Assembly (NCBI GenBank): GCA_963846575.1
Contig: CAWJWJ010000002.1
Coordinates: forward strand, 3,410-67,409
Length of the DNA: 64,000 bases
DNA from: an uncultured Nitrospiraceae bacterium
GTDB taxonomy: Bacteria; Nitrospirota; Nitrospiria; Nitrospirales; Nitrospiraceae
Direction of reading: 5' to 3'
The notes beneath the pieces were generated by a model. That model was not told the DNA's origin. It did not search any database and saw only the letters and a program-made list of their open reading frames with translations. Below are positions 28,312 to 37,703 of this stretch, piece after piece (the stretch's first letter is position 1; each line of letters opens with the position of its first letter). The position numbers were made by a program, and so were the translations under genes.

Positions 28312-29208
28312 ATGAGCCTTGATTACGTCAAGTTTTCAAGCGGCTTTGAAAAGTTCATGCCGAAGGAATATCGCGACATGGTGGAGCACGGACCTTTCGG
28401 CAAAAAAGTATCGGTCTCGCAGATGGGTTCTTTTAAAGAAGTGCTTGAAGAGCACCCCATGTGTGCTGGCTGTGCAATGACTCTCTTTATCCGACTTGCC
28501 ATGATTGCCTTCCCGAATCCAGAAGATACTATCACTGTAGGTACCGCCGGTTGCGGCCGGTTAGCGATCTCGCAAGCAGCCATCCCCTTCGTATATGGGA
28601 ATTACGGTGACCAGAATGGTGTAGCGAGTGGGTTGTCTCGCGGCCTACGCCTTCGATTCGGCGACAAACCCAAGGACGTCGTCGTGATGGCAGGAGACGG
28701 GGGAACGGCAGATATAGGATTTCAGCAAGTGCTCCATTCGTGGTTCCGGAAAGAGCGATTCACCACGATCATGTTGGATAATGAAGTGTATGGAAATACC
28801 GGCGGGCAGGAGAGTGGGATGACCAATCGAGGCGCGGTCCTCAAAATGGCACCCCTGGGGAAGAAGTTTGAGAAGATGGATATGTTGCAGATGGCAAAAG
28901 TGGCTGGTTGCGCGTATGTGGCGACCGTGGTTCCGAACAATCCCCGTCGGGTTGAGAGCGTCATCAAGAAGGCTGTGCTGATCGCCAGAGAAGTGGGGTC
29001 CACGTACATTCAGGCCTACACGTCATGCAACATTGAGTACGCAATTCCAACCGACAAGGTCATGGAAGATGCCAAAACCGTTGAAAACGATCGCTACCAA
29101 TTCTCCGAATACATTACTGACGAAGCGAAGCAATTTCTCACTGAGCGGTATGGGTACAAGGAGTTTCTCCCGAAGCCAGCCGCTCCCGCTGGTCTGCCAA
29201 AGGCCTGA
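28312..29208 (+). CDS. forB: 2-oxoglutarate:ferredoxin oxidoreductase beta subunit
   Basis: CAGC, TAGCG, TPP motif GDGG...LDNEVYGNTGGQ; OGOR rather than POR inferred from linkage to acl/suc. Confidence 0.82.
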   Translation: MSLDYVKFSSGFEKFMPKEYRDMVEHGPFGKKVSVSQMGSFKEVLEEHPMCAGCAMTLFIRLAMIAFPNPEDTITVGTAGCGRLAISQAAIPFVYGNYGDQNGVASGLSRGLRLRFGDKPKDVVVMAGDGGTADIGFQQVLHSWFRKERFTTIMLDNEVYGNTGGQESGMTNRGAVLKMAPLGKKFEKMDMLQMAKVAGCAYVATVVPNNPRRVESVIKKAVLIAREVGSTYIQAYTSCNIEYAIPTDKVMEDAKTVENDRYQFSEYITDEAKQFLTERYGYKEFLPKPAAPAGLPKA

Positions 29209-29231
29209 GTCACGTTGAAGGAGGATTGAGC

Positions 29232-29945
29232 ATGGCGAAACGGTTTAACATTCGGATGGCGGGCGTGGGTGGTCAAGGCGTTGTGACCGGCTCTCATATT
29301 CTCAGCACCGCAGTTATTAACGCAGGCGGAGAAAGTACGATTGTTCCGTTTTACGGATCGGAAAAGCGGATGGCGCCCGTGGAGAGCTATGTGCGGGTGT
29401 CCGATGAGCCCATCTATGAGATTGGGGAAATCACTTTCCCCCACATCATTATCATTTTCCACCCACAAGTCATTACTCACGGCAAATCGTACACCATGCC
29501 GTTTTACTTCGGACTGAAGGAAGACGGTATCGCCTTGATTAATAACGATGGGCCGATGAAACTCCATCGGGATCAAGCTCGCGAATTAGAAGAGCGTCGC
29601 GCGAGGTTGTACTATTTCCCGGCCACAAAAATTTCTCTTGAGGTTGCGGGGATGGATCTGGCGACGAACATGGCTTTGATGGGTTGCATCGGGGCAATCA
29701 CGGGTCTGACATCCGTCCAATCCTTAGAGCAGGCTGTCAAGGATCGGTTCCTGGGTAAAGGCTTTGTCGTGTCTGGTGGAACTGCCGCATTGGATAGTGT
29801 CGTTGAACGAAAGTTTAAAAAGAAGCAAGAATTGATCGACAAGAACGTTGCGGTCATTCAAGCCGGCTGGAATTATGCGGTTGATAACGGTTGGGCCGCC
29901 CCATCCGTCAAGCGCTCGGAAACGGCAGAGGCCGTTACCGCTTGA
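29232..29945 (+). CDS. 2-oxoglutarate:ferredoxin oxidoreductase gamma subunit (forG/forC)
   Basis: AGVGGQGVVT, YGSEKRMAPV, NMALMG. Confidence 0.85.
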   Translation: MAKRFNIRMAGVGGQGVVTGSHILSTAVINAGGESTIVPFYGSEKRMAPVESYVRVSDEPIYEIGEITFPHIIIIFHPQVITHGKSYTMPFYFGLKEDGIALINNDGPMKLHRDQARELEERRARLYYFPATKISLEVAGMDLATNMALMGCIGAITGLTSVQSLEQAVKDRFLGKGFVVSGGTAALDSVVERKFKKKQELIDKNVAVIQAGWNYAVDNGWAAPSVKRSETAEAVTA

Positions 29946-29970
29946 TTCAGCTTAAGAACAAGGAGTTCTC

Positions 29971-30294
29971 ATGTATCTCGTAGCCGATATCAGCGTTGAG
30001 ATCTGTGCCGCGAAAAGCTGCAAGCTCTGCACCCAATACTGTCCAGAAGCCAATACAATCCTTTATAGTGACGAAATGGGCAAGGATAAAGGATTTAAGT
30101 ATGGTTCGGCGTATGTGGCGGTGGATCGATGTAAGGGTTGCGCCCAATGCGTCTGGGTCTGTGACAACATGGCAAAGAATAATGCCATTAAGATGATCAT
30201 GATCGATCAACTGCCGGTGGCAGCATTGACGGACAATATTACCTACGGGGAAAAGAGCACGACGGCCGCATTGGTTAGTCCTGTAGTTGGGTAA
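29971..30294 (+). CDS. forE: Oxidoreductase epsilon subunit (ferredoxin-like)
   Basis: CAAKSCKLCTQYCP and CKGCAQCVWVC Fe-S motifs. Confidence 0.78.
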   Translation: MYLVADISVEICAAKSCKLCTQYCPEANTILYSDEMGKDKGFKYGSAYVAVDRCKGCAQCVWVCDNMAKNNAIKMIMIDQLPVAALTDNITYGEKSTTAALVSPVVG

Positions 30295-31079
30295 TGCACG
30301 AAAGGGGAATGGGCGTGGGAACGACGCAAGATACGAGAGAGCGGATCATCGTGCCGGGACCAGCAGGGTTCCATCCACCGTCAGCAGCTCAGCTGGGAGT
30401 ATCGCTGCCCGATCCTGGGCAGGGCCTGTATTATGGACTGCTGGAGCCGAATGAGGACACAGTAATCGAAGAGATGGCTCGGAAAATGCTGACTAGCCCG
30501 AATGCTACGATCTTCCCGGGACCTCTCGTCTTGTGGGCGTGGAATGATCATGCCGTCGAAAAGGCAAAGGCAGTTTTGGAAATTGCTGCTCAAATTCCAG
30601 AAGTTATGATCATCCCTATGCCGGATTACCGTCCAAAGTACCCAAAGATCGATCCCGAAGAAGTTATCAATCCGAATCATCCAAACCTTACGATTTGGGG
30701 GAATAAGATCGAAGCCTGCGTCTTCATTGGGGTGCACTGTCACTATGCCAATCTCACCCTGAAAATGATTCGGGCCGGGACGAACTGCTGTACTATGGCC
30801 ATTTGTGCAGAGCAAGGTCATGAAGACGCGATGTTGACCATTCGTGATTCAGACACGCTGAAGCTGAGAAAAACAGCACAAATCTTCAAGCGGATTCGCG
30901 AGGAGATGGGCATAAAGTTGCCTGAAAACGGAGAGAATGTTCGATTCACTGGGACTCAGGCCAAAGTCCATAATGGTAAGACGCATACCAACCCTATGAC
31001 CTTTATGCCCTCGGCTGCCGGCGTCGGCAGTGCAGCCACATTTGGCCACTCAGCTGATCAGATGAAGCGAGAAGGCTAA
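30294..31079 (+). CDS. forD: Oxidoreductase delta subunit, five-subunit type (start may be GTG 30315)
   Basis: Operon position; PTIFPGP-like and NPNHPNL segments; GVHCHY. Confidence 0.72.
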   Translation: MHERGMGVGTTQDTRERIIVPGPAGFHPPSAAQLGVSLPDPGQGLYYGLLEPNEDTVIEEMARKMLTSPNATIFPGPLVLWAWNDHAVEKAKAVLEIAAQIPEVMIIPMPDYRPKYPKIDPEEVINPNHPNLTIWGNKIEACVFIGVHCHYANLTLKMIRAGTNCCTMAICAEQGHEDAMLTIRDSDTLKLRKTAQIFKRIREEMGIKLPENGENVRFTGTQAKVHNGKTHTNPMTFMPSAAGVGSAATFGHSADQMKREG

Positions 31080-31104
31080 GGCGATACAGTTAAGAGGTGC
31101 AAAG

Positions 31105-32451
31105 ATGAGCGAAGCATTAGAACCCCAACAGAAAACAAATCCGCAAGGCGACCCCATCACGAGTGTTTCGGCTCCCAAAGCCGAAGGTAAGAAGGATCCG
31201 CATGCGGATGCAAAACGGCAAAAGGTTGTAACTCCTGAATACCTCTTCTTAGAGGCTCCTCGCACGAAAGAGTTTATCACCGGGAGTGAGGCCGCAAAAG
31301 AAGCAATACGAAGGTCAAATGTAGACCTTGCTATCGCCTACCCAATCACGCCGCAAAGCGAGACGATGCAATTGGTCGGCGTGCTGTATGGTGAAGGATA
31401 TGTTAAAGAATACTATCGCGGAGAAGAAGAAGTCGGCGTGATGGCAGCAATTGCCGGTGGATCCCGAGCAGGGGTACGCTGTTACACGGCGACCGCGGGC
31501 CCGGGTACGCTGAGAGGTTTGGAGGGTATTGCTTCATGGCCTGGACATCGGCTTCCCGTTGTTGCCATGTTCACCTGTCGAGTTGTGAATGCGCCTTTGG
31601 CGATTCAGCCAGATAACATTGAGGTGTCCTATTTGATCAATTGCGGCATGATCGTGTTCCACGCCGAAAATCAGCAGGACATGTATGATTTCACGATGGC
31701 AGGATTCGTCATCAGTGAAAAGAATGATGTTACCCTTCCTGTCGGCGTATGTTGCGATGGGTTCTTCGTTACGCATGCCAGGGGTTATGTACGGATGCAG
31801 GATCGCGGAATGAAATTGCCGCCAAGAGAACCGTGGAGAGGAGCAGTTCCAGTTCTGGATGCGGAGAATCCCCCTGCCCGACTGTCTCGGGATGCTCCGG
31901 TTCAGAAGTCCAACTTTATGGCGTACAACATTCATGCGGTTTGGCAGCAAGAGGTCTGGGCCGCGGTAGAACGCTCGCGTAAATATATAAACCAGTATAT
32001 GGGCGGGTTGCTTACCGCCGAGAATGTGGACGATGCCGAGGCGGTCATTATTGCTTCTGGAAGTGCAGCGGCTCAATCTCGGGAAGCAGTCCGTATTTGT
32101 GCAGAGAAGGGCATTAAGATTGGGTTGATCAAGATCCGCTCGCTCCGTCCGTTCCCGACACAGGAACTACGTAAGTTATGCGGAAAAGCCAAATTGATTG
32201 TTGTTCCGGAATTCAACTATGTCGGGTGGTTGGCTAAAGAGGTGGCAACCGCTATTTATGGATTCTCAAACGCAAAAATCATCGGTGGCCCGCGTGTTTA
32301 TGGGGGACAGTCGATGCCGGTAGAATTGATTGTGGATGAAGTTGAATCCGGTTTGACAGGTAAGAAGTCGACAAACGTGGCGATGTCTCAGGTCATGGGC
32401 GCTTCCGCTGCCGACCAGGAGGCCATGGGGCATTTCCTGCGCAGTATTTGA
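31105..32451 (+). CDS. forA: 2-oxoglutarate:ferredoxin oxidoreductase alpha subunit
   Basis: AYPITPQSE, TATAGPG, DGFFVTH, LRPFP. Confidence 0.85.
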   Translation: MSEALEPQQKTNPQGDPITSVSAPKAEGKKDPHADAKRQKVVTPEYLFLEAPRTKEFITGSEAAKEAIRRSNVDLAIAYPITPQSETMQLVGVLYGEGYVKEYYRGEEEVGVMAAIAGGSRAGVRCYTATAGPGTLRGLEGIASWPGHRLPVVAMFTCRVVNAPLAIQPDNIEVSYLINCGMIVFHAENQQDMYDFTMAGFVISEKNDVTLPVGVCCDGFFVTHARGYVRMQDRGMKLPPREPWRGAVPVLDAENPPARLSRDAPVQKSNFMAYNIHAVWQQEVWAAVERSRKYINQYMGGLLTAENVDDAEAVIIASGSAAAQSREAVRICAEKGIKIGLIKIRSLRPFPTQELRKLCGKAKLIVVPEFNYVGWLAKEVATAIYGFSNAKIIGGPRVYGGQSMPVELIVDEVESGLTGKKSTNVAMSQVMGASAADQEAMGHFLRSI

Positions 32452-32470
32452 GTTCGAGAAGAGGAACGTG

Positions 32471-32512
32471 AAGAAAAAGCAGAGCCCGTTCGGCTGATCC
32501 GAACGGGCTCTG
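32471..32512. terminator. Intrinsic terminator between convergent genes
   Basis: Perfect 14-bp stem CAGAGCCCGTTCGG/CCGAACGGGCTCTG; U-rich tract on the minus side. Confidence 0.8.
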
Positions 32513-32535
32513 TGCGTTGTGAAGATCACGCAACC

Positions 32536-32784
32536 TTAGCCTTGCAGATCTTCTTCAACCAGGTCGGGACTCTCCGGCATTCCGCTGGCAATGTATTTGG
32601 CATAGGAAAGGTAAATCAGGCTACTATCGCGCATGGCCTTGGCCCCATAGGTCATACGTTCCAAACGTTCCGCATCAACGGGTTGAGCCGATTGAAGCGT
32701 TGCGACATGTTCTTCCAGGACCATTGTGTATCGTTCCATGGCCATCTCTACTTCCCGATAGGCTTGCAGAATAGGATCAGTCAT
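32536..32784 (-). CDS. Small helical hypothetical protein (82 aa)
   Basis: ATG with AAGAGGAG upstream; fills the gap; followed by a terminator. Confidence 0.75.
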   Translation of the reverse strand: MTDPILQAYREVEMAMERYTMVLEEHVATLQSAQPVDAERLERMTYGAKAMRDSSLIYLSYAKYIASGMPESPDLVEEDLQG

Positions 32785-32851
32785 ATAATTTGCTCCTCTT
32801 GCTAGGCAGGATACAGCAGGGTCCTTTTAAGGGTCAACACGGTATCTATTC

Positions 32852-34057
32852 ATGCATAAAGTATCATCAGCGGTACTGAGCGCGCTGGCAACAGTGGCTC
32901 GGGGAAGCCTTCAGGGGTTGCATCGGGATCCGCCGCAACCCATCGCCAGCGGAGTATTAAGCCTTTCAGCATTATTTACTAGGGGTGGGCTCGGGAAAAG
33001 CCGTGCATATCTAGAGGATGCACGGCTGCGTGCGAGTTATCTTTCCTATTATGTGCCCGTAAACGTTTCGAAAGTGCAGGCATTACTGGATGAGCTGCGT
33101 CCCACCTTTTCAGCCATTCGAAACGATGAATTTCGAGTCCTAGATCTCGGTGGAGGGCCTGGAACTGGGGCGGTCGCTACATTGGATTGGTGTTGTTCGA
33201 CCGACACCCTCTCTCCCGCGTCTCTTCGAATGACAGTCGTTGATCACTCTCCCCAAGCGTTAAGGCTCTGTGACGAGGTCTGGAATGCGTACGGCAAGGC
33301 GCAGAATGGGCGAAGAATTTCCTCGCTACACACCGTGGAGCACAATTTAGAACAGCGTCTTCCCTCCCGTCTTCGACCGCTTGATGGGGAGAGGGGCTAT
33401 GACTTAATTATTCTTCAGAATCTGCTTTCCGAGTTATTCGTTGAAAGCTCAGATCCCATCAATCAGCGAACCATGTTGGTGGCGACGTTGCTCGAGTGGT
33501 TAGCGAGAGACGGAAGCCTGATGATCGTAGAGCCTGCTATGCGATCTGCCTCGCGAGAATTGCATCAGGTGCGGGATAAACTTCTGGCTAGCGAGCGCTG
33601 TGGTATCTATAGCCCCTGCCTGCACGATTCACCATGCCCAGCATTGATTAAGCCTGATGATTGGTGCCACGAGGAACGCAAATGGGAGACCCCAGATTGG
33701 ATTAGTCAGATCGACAGACAGGTGGGGTTCATCAAGGACGCACTTAAGTTTTCATATGTGATCCTGCGGAAGGACGGGAAAACACTAGTTCCGAGAAATT
33801 CTGAATATCATCGTGTTGTCAGCGAGTTACGTGTAATGAAGGGTGAGAAACGGGTCTGGTTGTGTGATGCAACAGGTAGGCTGGAGGTCGGACGGCAAGA
33901 CAAGGAGCAGTCGACATCCAACACGGCCTTTGATTCCTGGCATCGGGGTGCTATTGTGCGTGTCAGTGAAATTGTCAGGAAGAACAGAAAAGATCGACCG
34001 GCTATGGTCGGCCGAATCCTCTCAATAGGAGAAGCCGAAATCATCCGCCCTGCGTAA
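32852..34057 (+). CDS. Rsm22/METTL17-family SAM-binding methyltransferase-like protein
   Basis: YLSYY.P.N, VLDLGGGPGT, IVEPA, SPCLHDSPCP...WCH, KFSY. Confidence 0.82.
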   Translation: MHKVSSAVLSALATVARGSLQGLHRDPPQPIASGVLSLSALFTRGGLGKSRAYLEDARLRASYLSYYVPVNVSKVQALLDELRPTFSAIRNDEFRVLDLGGGPGTGAVATLDWCCSTDTLSPASLRMTVVDHSPQALRLCDEVWNAYGKAQNGRRISSLHTVEHNLEQRLPSRLRPLDGERGYDLIILQNLLSELFVESSDPINQRTMLVATLLEWLARDGSLMIVEPAMRSASRELHQVRDKLLASERCGIYSPCLHDSPCPALIKPDDWCHEERKWETPDWISQIDRQVGFIKDALKFSYVILRKDGKTLVPRNSEYHRVVSELRVMKGEKRVWLCDATGRLEVGRQDKEQSTSNTAFDSWHRGAIVRVSEIVRKNRKDRPAMVGRILSIGEAEIIRPA

Positions 34058-34061
34058 AGTA

Positions 34062-34256
34062 TTAATCAGCTTCGGGCTCAGAGCTGCCGTGTTGATGGGT
34101 GACACGGTCCTCATCGAAGAGTTCGGCCATTTCGTCTGCCATCATGTCCCGGTCATTAGGAACCGAGACGAGGGGGATTTCTTTGCGCGGCTTCGCTTCG
34201 CCATCGGGGGGGGGGGAGGGCAATTTAGGTGATTTAGGGGCTTGTGAGTTGCTCAT
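34062..34256 (-). CDS. Small Pro-rich/acidic hypothetical protein
   Basis: Short ORF exactly filling the gap; contains a C11 run on the coding strand. Confidence 0.5.
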   Translation of the reverse strand: MSNSQAPKSPKLPSPPPDGEAKPRKEIPLVSVPNDRDMMADEMAELFDEDRVTHQHGSSEPEAD

Positions 34257-34297
34257 ACAAAATTCAGTATACACGAAATGTTGATCAATAATAAGCG

Positions 34298-34657
34298 TTA
34301 TTCGAATGCTTCCAGCGACGAACGCTCAGGGAATTGAGTCTTACAGGCGGAGCAGGTGACAAAATAGACGGATTCGCGGACTGACATGGTGACCCGGAAA
34401 TCAAGACCCACGCCTCGATGCTGGCAGGTTGGACATGAGATCTCCTTCAGTCGGTAAGGGATATCCGGTTGAGTTCTCAGATAAAATTCCATGTCGGTGT
34501 ACACAGGGAAATTGTACCGACATTTTAAGCAGACGCCACGGCATTCTCCGTCCGATTGTAAGGTTCGTCGGTCGACGCCAAAAGCGTTCGTCTTGCATAT
34601 TGCGCAACGAATGCTGGATAGGCGCTGTTCCACTTCTTCGAGCGGAGTGCGAGACAT
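34298..34657 (-). CDS. Hypothetical double zinc-ribbon protein
   Basis: Four CxxC pairs (CAIC, CLKC, CPTC, CSAC). Confidence 0.8.
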   Translation of the reverse strand: MSRTPLEEVEQRLSSIRCAICKTNAFGVDRRTLQSDGECRGVCLKCRYNFPVYTDMEFYLRTQPDIPYRLKEISCPTCQHRGVGLDFRVTMSVRESVYFVTCSACKTQFPERSSLEAFE

Positions 34658-34782
34658 GCGTCGGTTACCTTTTCAGATTGAGTCATGAGTATACGCAGCG
34701 AATGAGACAATCTTCAACCAACATGTTCGGATAAGCTAGAATTTCTTGACCGGGAACCAGTCGTCCCTATACTAACTAGACC

Positions 34783-35214
34783 ATGCATTTGATTAATAAG
34801 CGGCTTCTGGTGGGCAATGCTGACGATGCCAAGAATCCCCCCCCCCAAGTGGGCGCCGTTTTGATGGTTGCAGAAGAACAGAACGTGCCGGTACCGCCGA
34901 GGATCGTCTATGCGAAAATTCCTTTAAAAGAATTTGGCAAGCCCACCGTCGTGTCGCTTGGCGAAGCTGTTGATTGGGTGGAGGCGCATATCGTCGACCA
35001 TCGAATCATGGTCTGTTGCCGCGCGGGCATGGGGCGCTCGGTCTCAGTGGTGATTGCCTACTTCTGCTGCGTCGAACGGATGTCTTACCCCGATGCCCTT
35101 AAGATGGTACTAGCTCGCCGTCCAGGTGGAATGCCACTGCCATATCTTCAGGAAATAATCGAAGCTCTCAATCTGCTCCGACGAGACCGTTCCAATTCGG
35201 CAATCGCTCAGTAG
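34783..35214 (+). CDS. Dual-specificity/PTP-like phosphatase
   Basis: CX5R P-loop CRAGMGRS; C-terminal ARRP..P. Confidence 0.85.
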   Translation: MHLINKRLLVGNADDAKNPPPQVGAVLMVAEEQNVPVPPRIVYAKIPLKEFGKPTVVSLGEAVDWVEAHIVDHRIMVCCRAGMGRSVSVVIAYFCCVERMSYPDALKMVLARRPGGMPLPYLQEIIEALNLLRRDRSNSAIAQ

Positions 35215-35408
35215 TGGACTTGCTCTCATTTTGCTGCGAAGTCGCAATTCACTGCTCCACTTCGTGGAACAAGTTCTCCGCTCCCCCTCCCAATAAATAC
35301 CATCCTAGACTCAGTCTAATTCCCCCAGTTGCATTTTGCCTGACAGCCATGGCGTAATTTGGTCTGCGCGGGAAGGCTTTTCCATTCTCACAGGGAAGAT
35401 GTATTTCG

Positions 35409-36299
35409 ATGCCAGAGCTGCCCGAAGCGGAAGTTGTAGCACGTCAATTGCGTAACCGAGTGATCGGAACGACCGTGCGGGAGGTCTGGGTGGGTCGCGA
35501 TGATATTGTTCGCGAGGGCCTGCCGTCAGTGGAATGGTACCGTCAGGCGAAAATTATTGACGTTGAGCGAAGGGGTAAGAGCGTCATCCTCGGATTCGTT
35601 CGGAAAGGGGATGCGCGATTTCTAGTTGCCGAATTGGGCATGACTGGCCTACTAATCTTTGCATCGACCCGAACGAAGCACCCGCAACACACTCACTTTG
35701 TTCTGCACTTAGACGGTAGTGGAGAAACTCAAATCCGATATTGGAATCCTCGGCGATTTGGGCGACTGTCCTTGCTCGACCAATCGGGTCTTGACCGATA
35801 TGCGGCGCGTCGGTTCGGTTATGATCCGCTCACTATCAGCCTTGGAGAATTTATCAGAGTACTCGGGTCCACACGCCAACGGCTGAAGCCCTTGTTGATG
35901 CATCAGCAAGTGATTGCTGGAATAGGGAATATCTACGCCAGTGAGATTCTCTTCCGCGCCGGGCTCCATCCGCACCAAGTTGCCAATCAATTGAATGAGA
36001 AAGCGATGATGCGATTGCACAGAATTATGGGGGAAGTGTTGCAGGAAGCCATTGCCATGGGGGGGTCAAGCGTGAGGGACTACTTTGCGCCGGATGGAAC
36101 GGAGGGGCAATATAAGCGCAGACACTTGGTCTACGCAAAAACGGGGGAGCCTTGTCCAAACGGGTGCGGGGGGCTGATCCGACGGTCTGCCGGCGAACGG
36201 ACTTCTTTCTATTGTCCAATATGTCAACGAAGGAGGACCCGTCGGGCTCCTCAACCAGAACAGAGCTCATTGGGCAGTTCAGGGAAGGCAAAGTCTTGA
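35409..36299 (+). CDS. mutM: Formamidopyrimidine-DNA glycosylase
   Basis: MPELPE, RRGK, LGMTG, RRFG, AGIGNIYASE, C-terminal zinc finger. Confidence 0.93.
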   Translation: MPELPEAEVVARQLRNRVIGTTVREVWVGRDDIVREGLPSVEWYRQAKIIDVERRGKSVILGFVRKGDARFLVAELGMTGLLIFASTRTKHPQHTHFVLHLDGSGETQIRYWNPRRFGRLSLLDQSGLDRYAARRFGYDPLTISLGEFIRVLGSTRQRLKPLLMHQQVIAGIGNIYASEILFRAGLHPHQVANQLNEKAMMRLHRIMGEVLQEAIAMGGSSVRDYFAPDGTEGQYKRRHLVYAKTGEPCPNGCGGLIRRSAGERTSFYCPICQRRRTRRAPQPEQSSLGSSGKAKS

Positions 36300-36337
36300 T
36301 AACAATCAGATCAATTATTTATGAAGATGAATCTTCA
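36296..36337. promoter_or_regulatory. FNR/CRP-like box and adjacent palindrome upstream of aclB
   Basis: TTGAT-AACA-ATCAG (36296-36309) and TGAAGAT-GA-ATCTTCA (36322-36337). Confidence 0.4.
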
Positions 36338-36463
36338 GTCCCCATTGTGGTAGGACTTCTGTGCTCAAGGCGTAGGCCCTTTGGAGGATTGAGCTAATCA
36401 CCGGATTTCGGTACTCTATCGGTCCGTTTCTCTGCCCTATCACTCACCAAGGAGTCGTCAATC

Positions 36464-37663
36464 ATGGCGAAAGTGCTGGAAGGTCCCGGGATGGGGCTGA
36501 TGAAAAAATGGGGAATCAATGTTCCCAATTACGTGGTCGTCACGTCCGTCGACGAACTGACGAATTTAGGACAAGCCAACGATTGGCTGACGAAATCCAA
36601 ATTGGTTGTCAAGGCGCATGAGGCCCTTGGGTCGCGTTTTAAGCTTGGGCTGGTCAAGGTAGACTTGGATTTCAAAGCTGCAGAGGCTGCAACGAAGGAG
36701 ATAATCGGACGGCAAGTCGGCAGCATCACCGTCGCCCAGGTCATTGTCTCTGAGATGGTCCCGCATAAAGAAGAATACTACTGTGCGGTGAAATCGACCC
36801 GAGAAGGCAGTGAGGTTCTGGTCGCCAATTGCGGAGGAATCGAGGTCGAGTCGAATTGGGACCGTGTCAAGCGGCTGTGTTTGGAAATCGGGCAATCGCC
36901 TTCTCCGGATTCGCTGGAAAAATTGTCCAAAGACGCGGGATTTTCCGGCCCCCTTGTCAAGAAGATCGCTGAATTCTCAGGGAAAATGTTTGCCTGTTTC
37001 GATAACGAGGACGCGCAATACCTTGAAGTCAACCCATTGGTGGTTCGCGCCAGTGATGGCGAATTGGTGGCGCTCGATGCTGTCACCCTGCTCGACGGCG
37101 ATGCGAAGTTTCGCCACCCGGACTGGAACTTTGCATTTGCCGCGGAGTTTGGCCGTGCCTATTCCAAGCAGGAAATCGAAGTCATGGCGGTAGACAGCAA
37201 AATCAAAGGATCGGTGAAGTTTATCGAAATTCCCGGTGGTGATACCGCCATGTTGCCTGCCGGGGGTGGCGCGAGCGTGTACTATTCGGACGCAGTCGTT
37301 GCACGCGGGGGCAAGCTGGCGAACTATGCCGAGTATTCGGGCGATCCACCAGATTGGGCTGTGGAAGTGCTTACGGAAAAAGTTTGTTCGTTGCCCGGGA
37401 TCAAGAACATCATCGTTGGTGGCGCAATAGCGAATTTTACCGATGTGAAGAAAACATTCGGTGGCATCATCAATGGATTCCGCAAGGCGAAATCAGAGGG
37501 CAAGCTTAAAGGAGTCAAAATCTGGGTGCGACGCGGTGGACCGCGTGAGAGAGAAGGTCTCGATGCCATGCGTGCATTAAAAGATGAAGGCTTCGATATC
37601 AATGTCTTCGACCGCAATACACCGCTTACTGATATCGTCGACAAGGCACTTCAGGCGAAATAG
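36464..37663 (+). CDS. aclB: ATP citrate lyase beta subunit
   Basis: ATP-grasp (LEVNPL); citrate-binding AGGGAS.YYSD, ANYAEYSG.P, GAIANFTDV, VRRGGP. Confidence 0.95.
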   Translation: MAKVLEGPGMGLMKKWGINVPNYVVVTSVDELTNLGQANDWLTKSKLVVKAHEALGSRFKLGLVKVDLDFKAAEAATKEIIGRQVGSITVAQVIVSEMVPHKEEYYCAVKSTREGSEVLVANCGGIEVESNWDRVKRLCLEIGQSPSPDSLEKLSKDAGFSGPLVKKIAEFSGKMFACFDNEDAQYLEVNPLVVRASDGELVALDAVTLLDGDAKFRHPDWNFAFAAEFGRAYSKQEIEVMAVDSKIKGSVKFIEIPGGDTAMLPAGGGASVYYSDAVVARGGKLANYAEYSGDPPDWAVEVLTEKVCSLPGIKNIIVGGAIANFTDVKKTFGGIINGFRKAKSEGKLKGVKIWVRRGGPREREGLDAMRALKDEGFDINVFDRNTPLTDIVDKALQAK

Positions 37664-37703
37664 CATGCCGCCAATGACCAACCGAAGATAAGGGGAGATC
37701 CCG

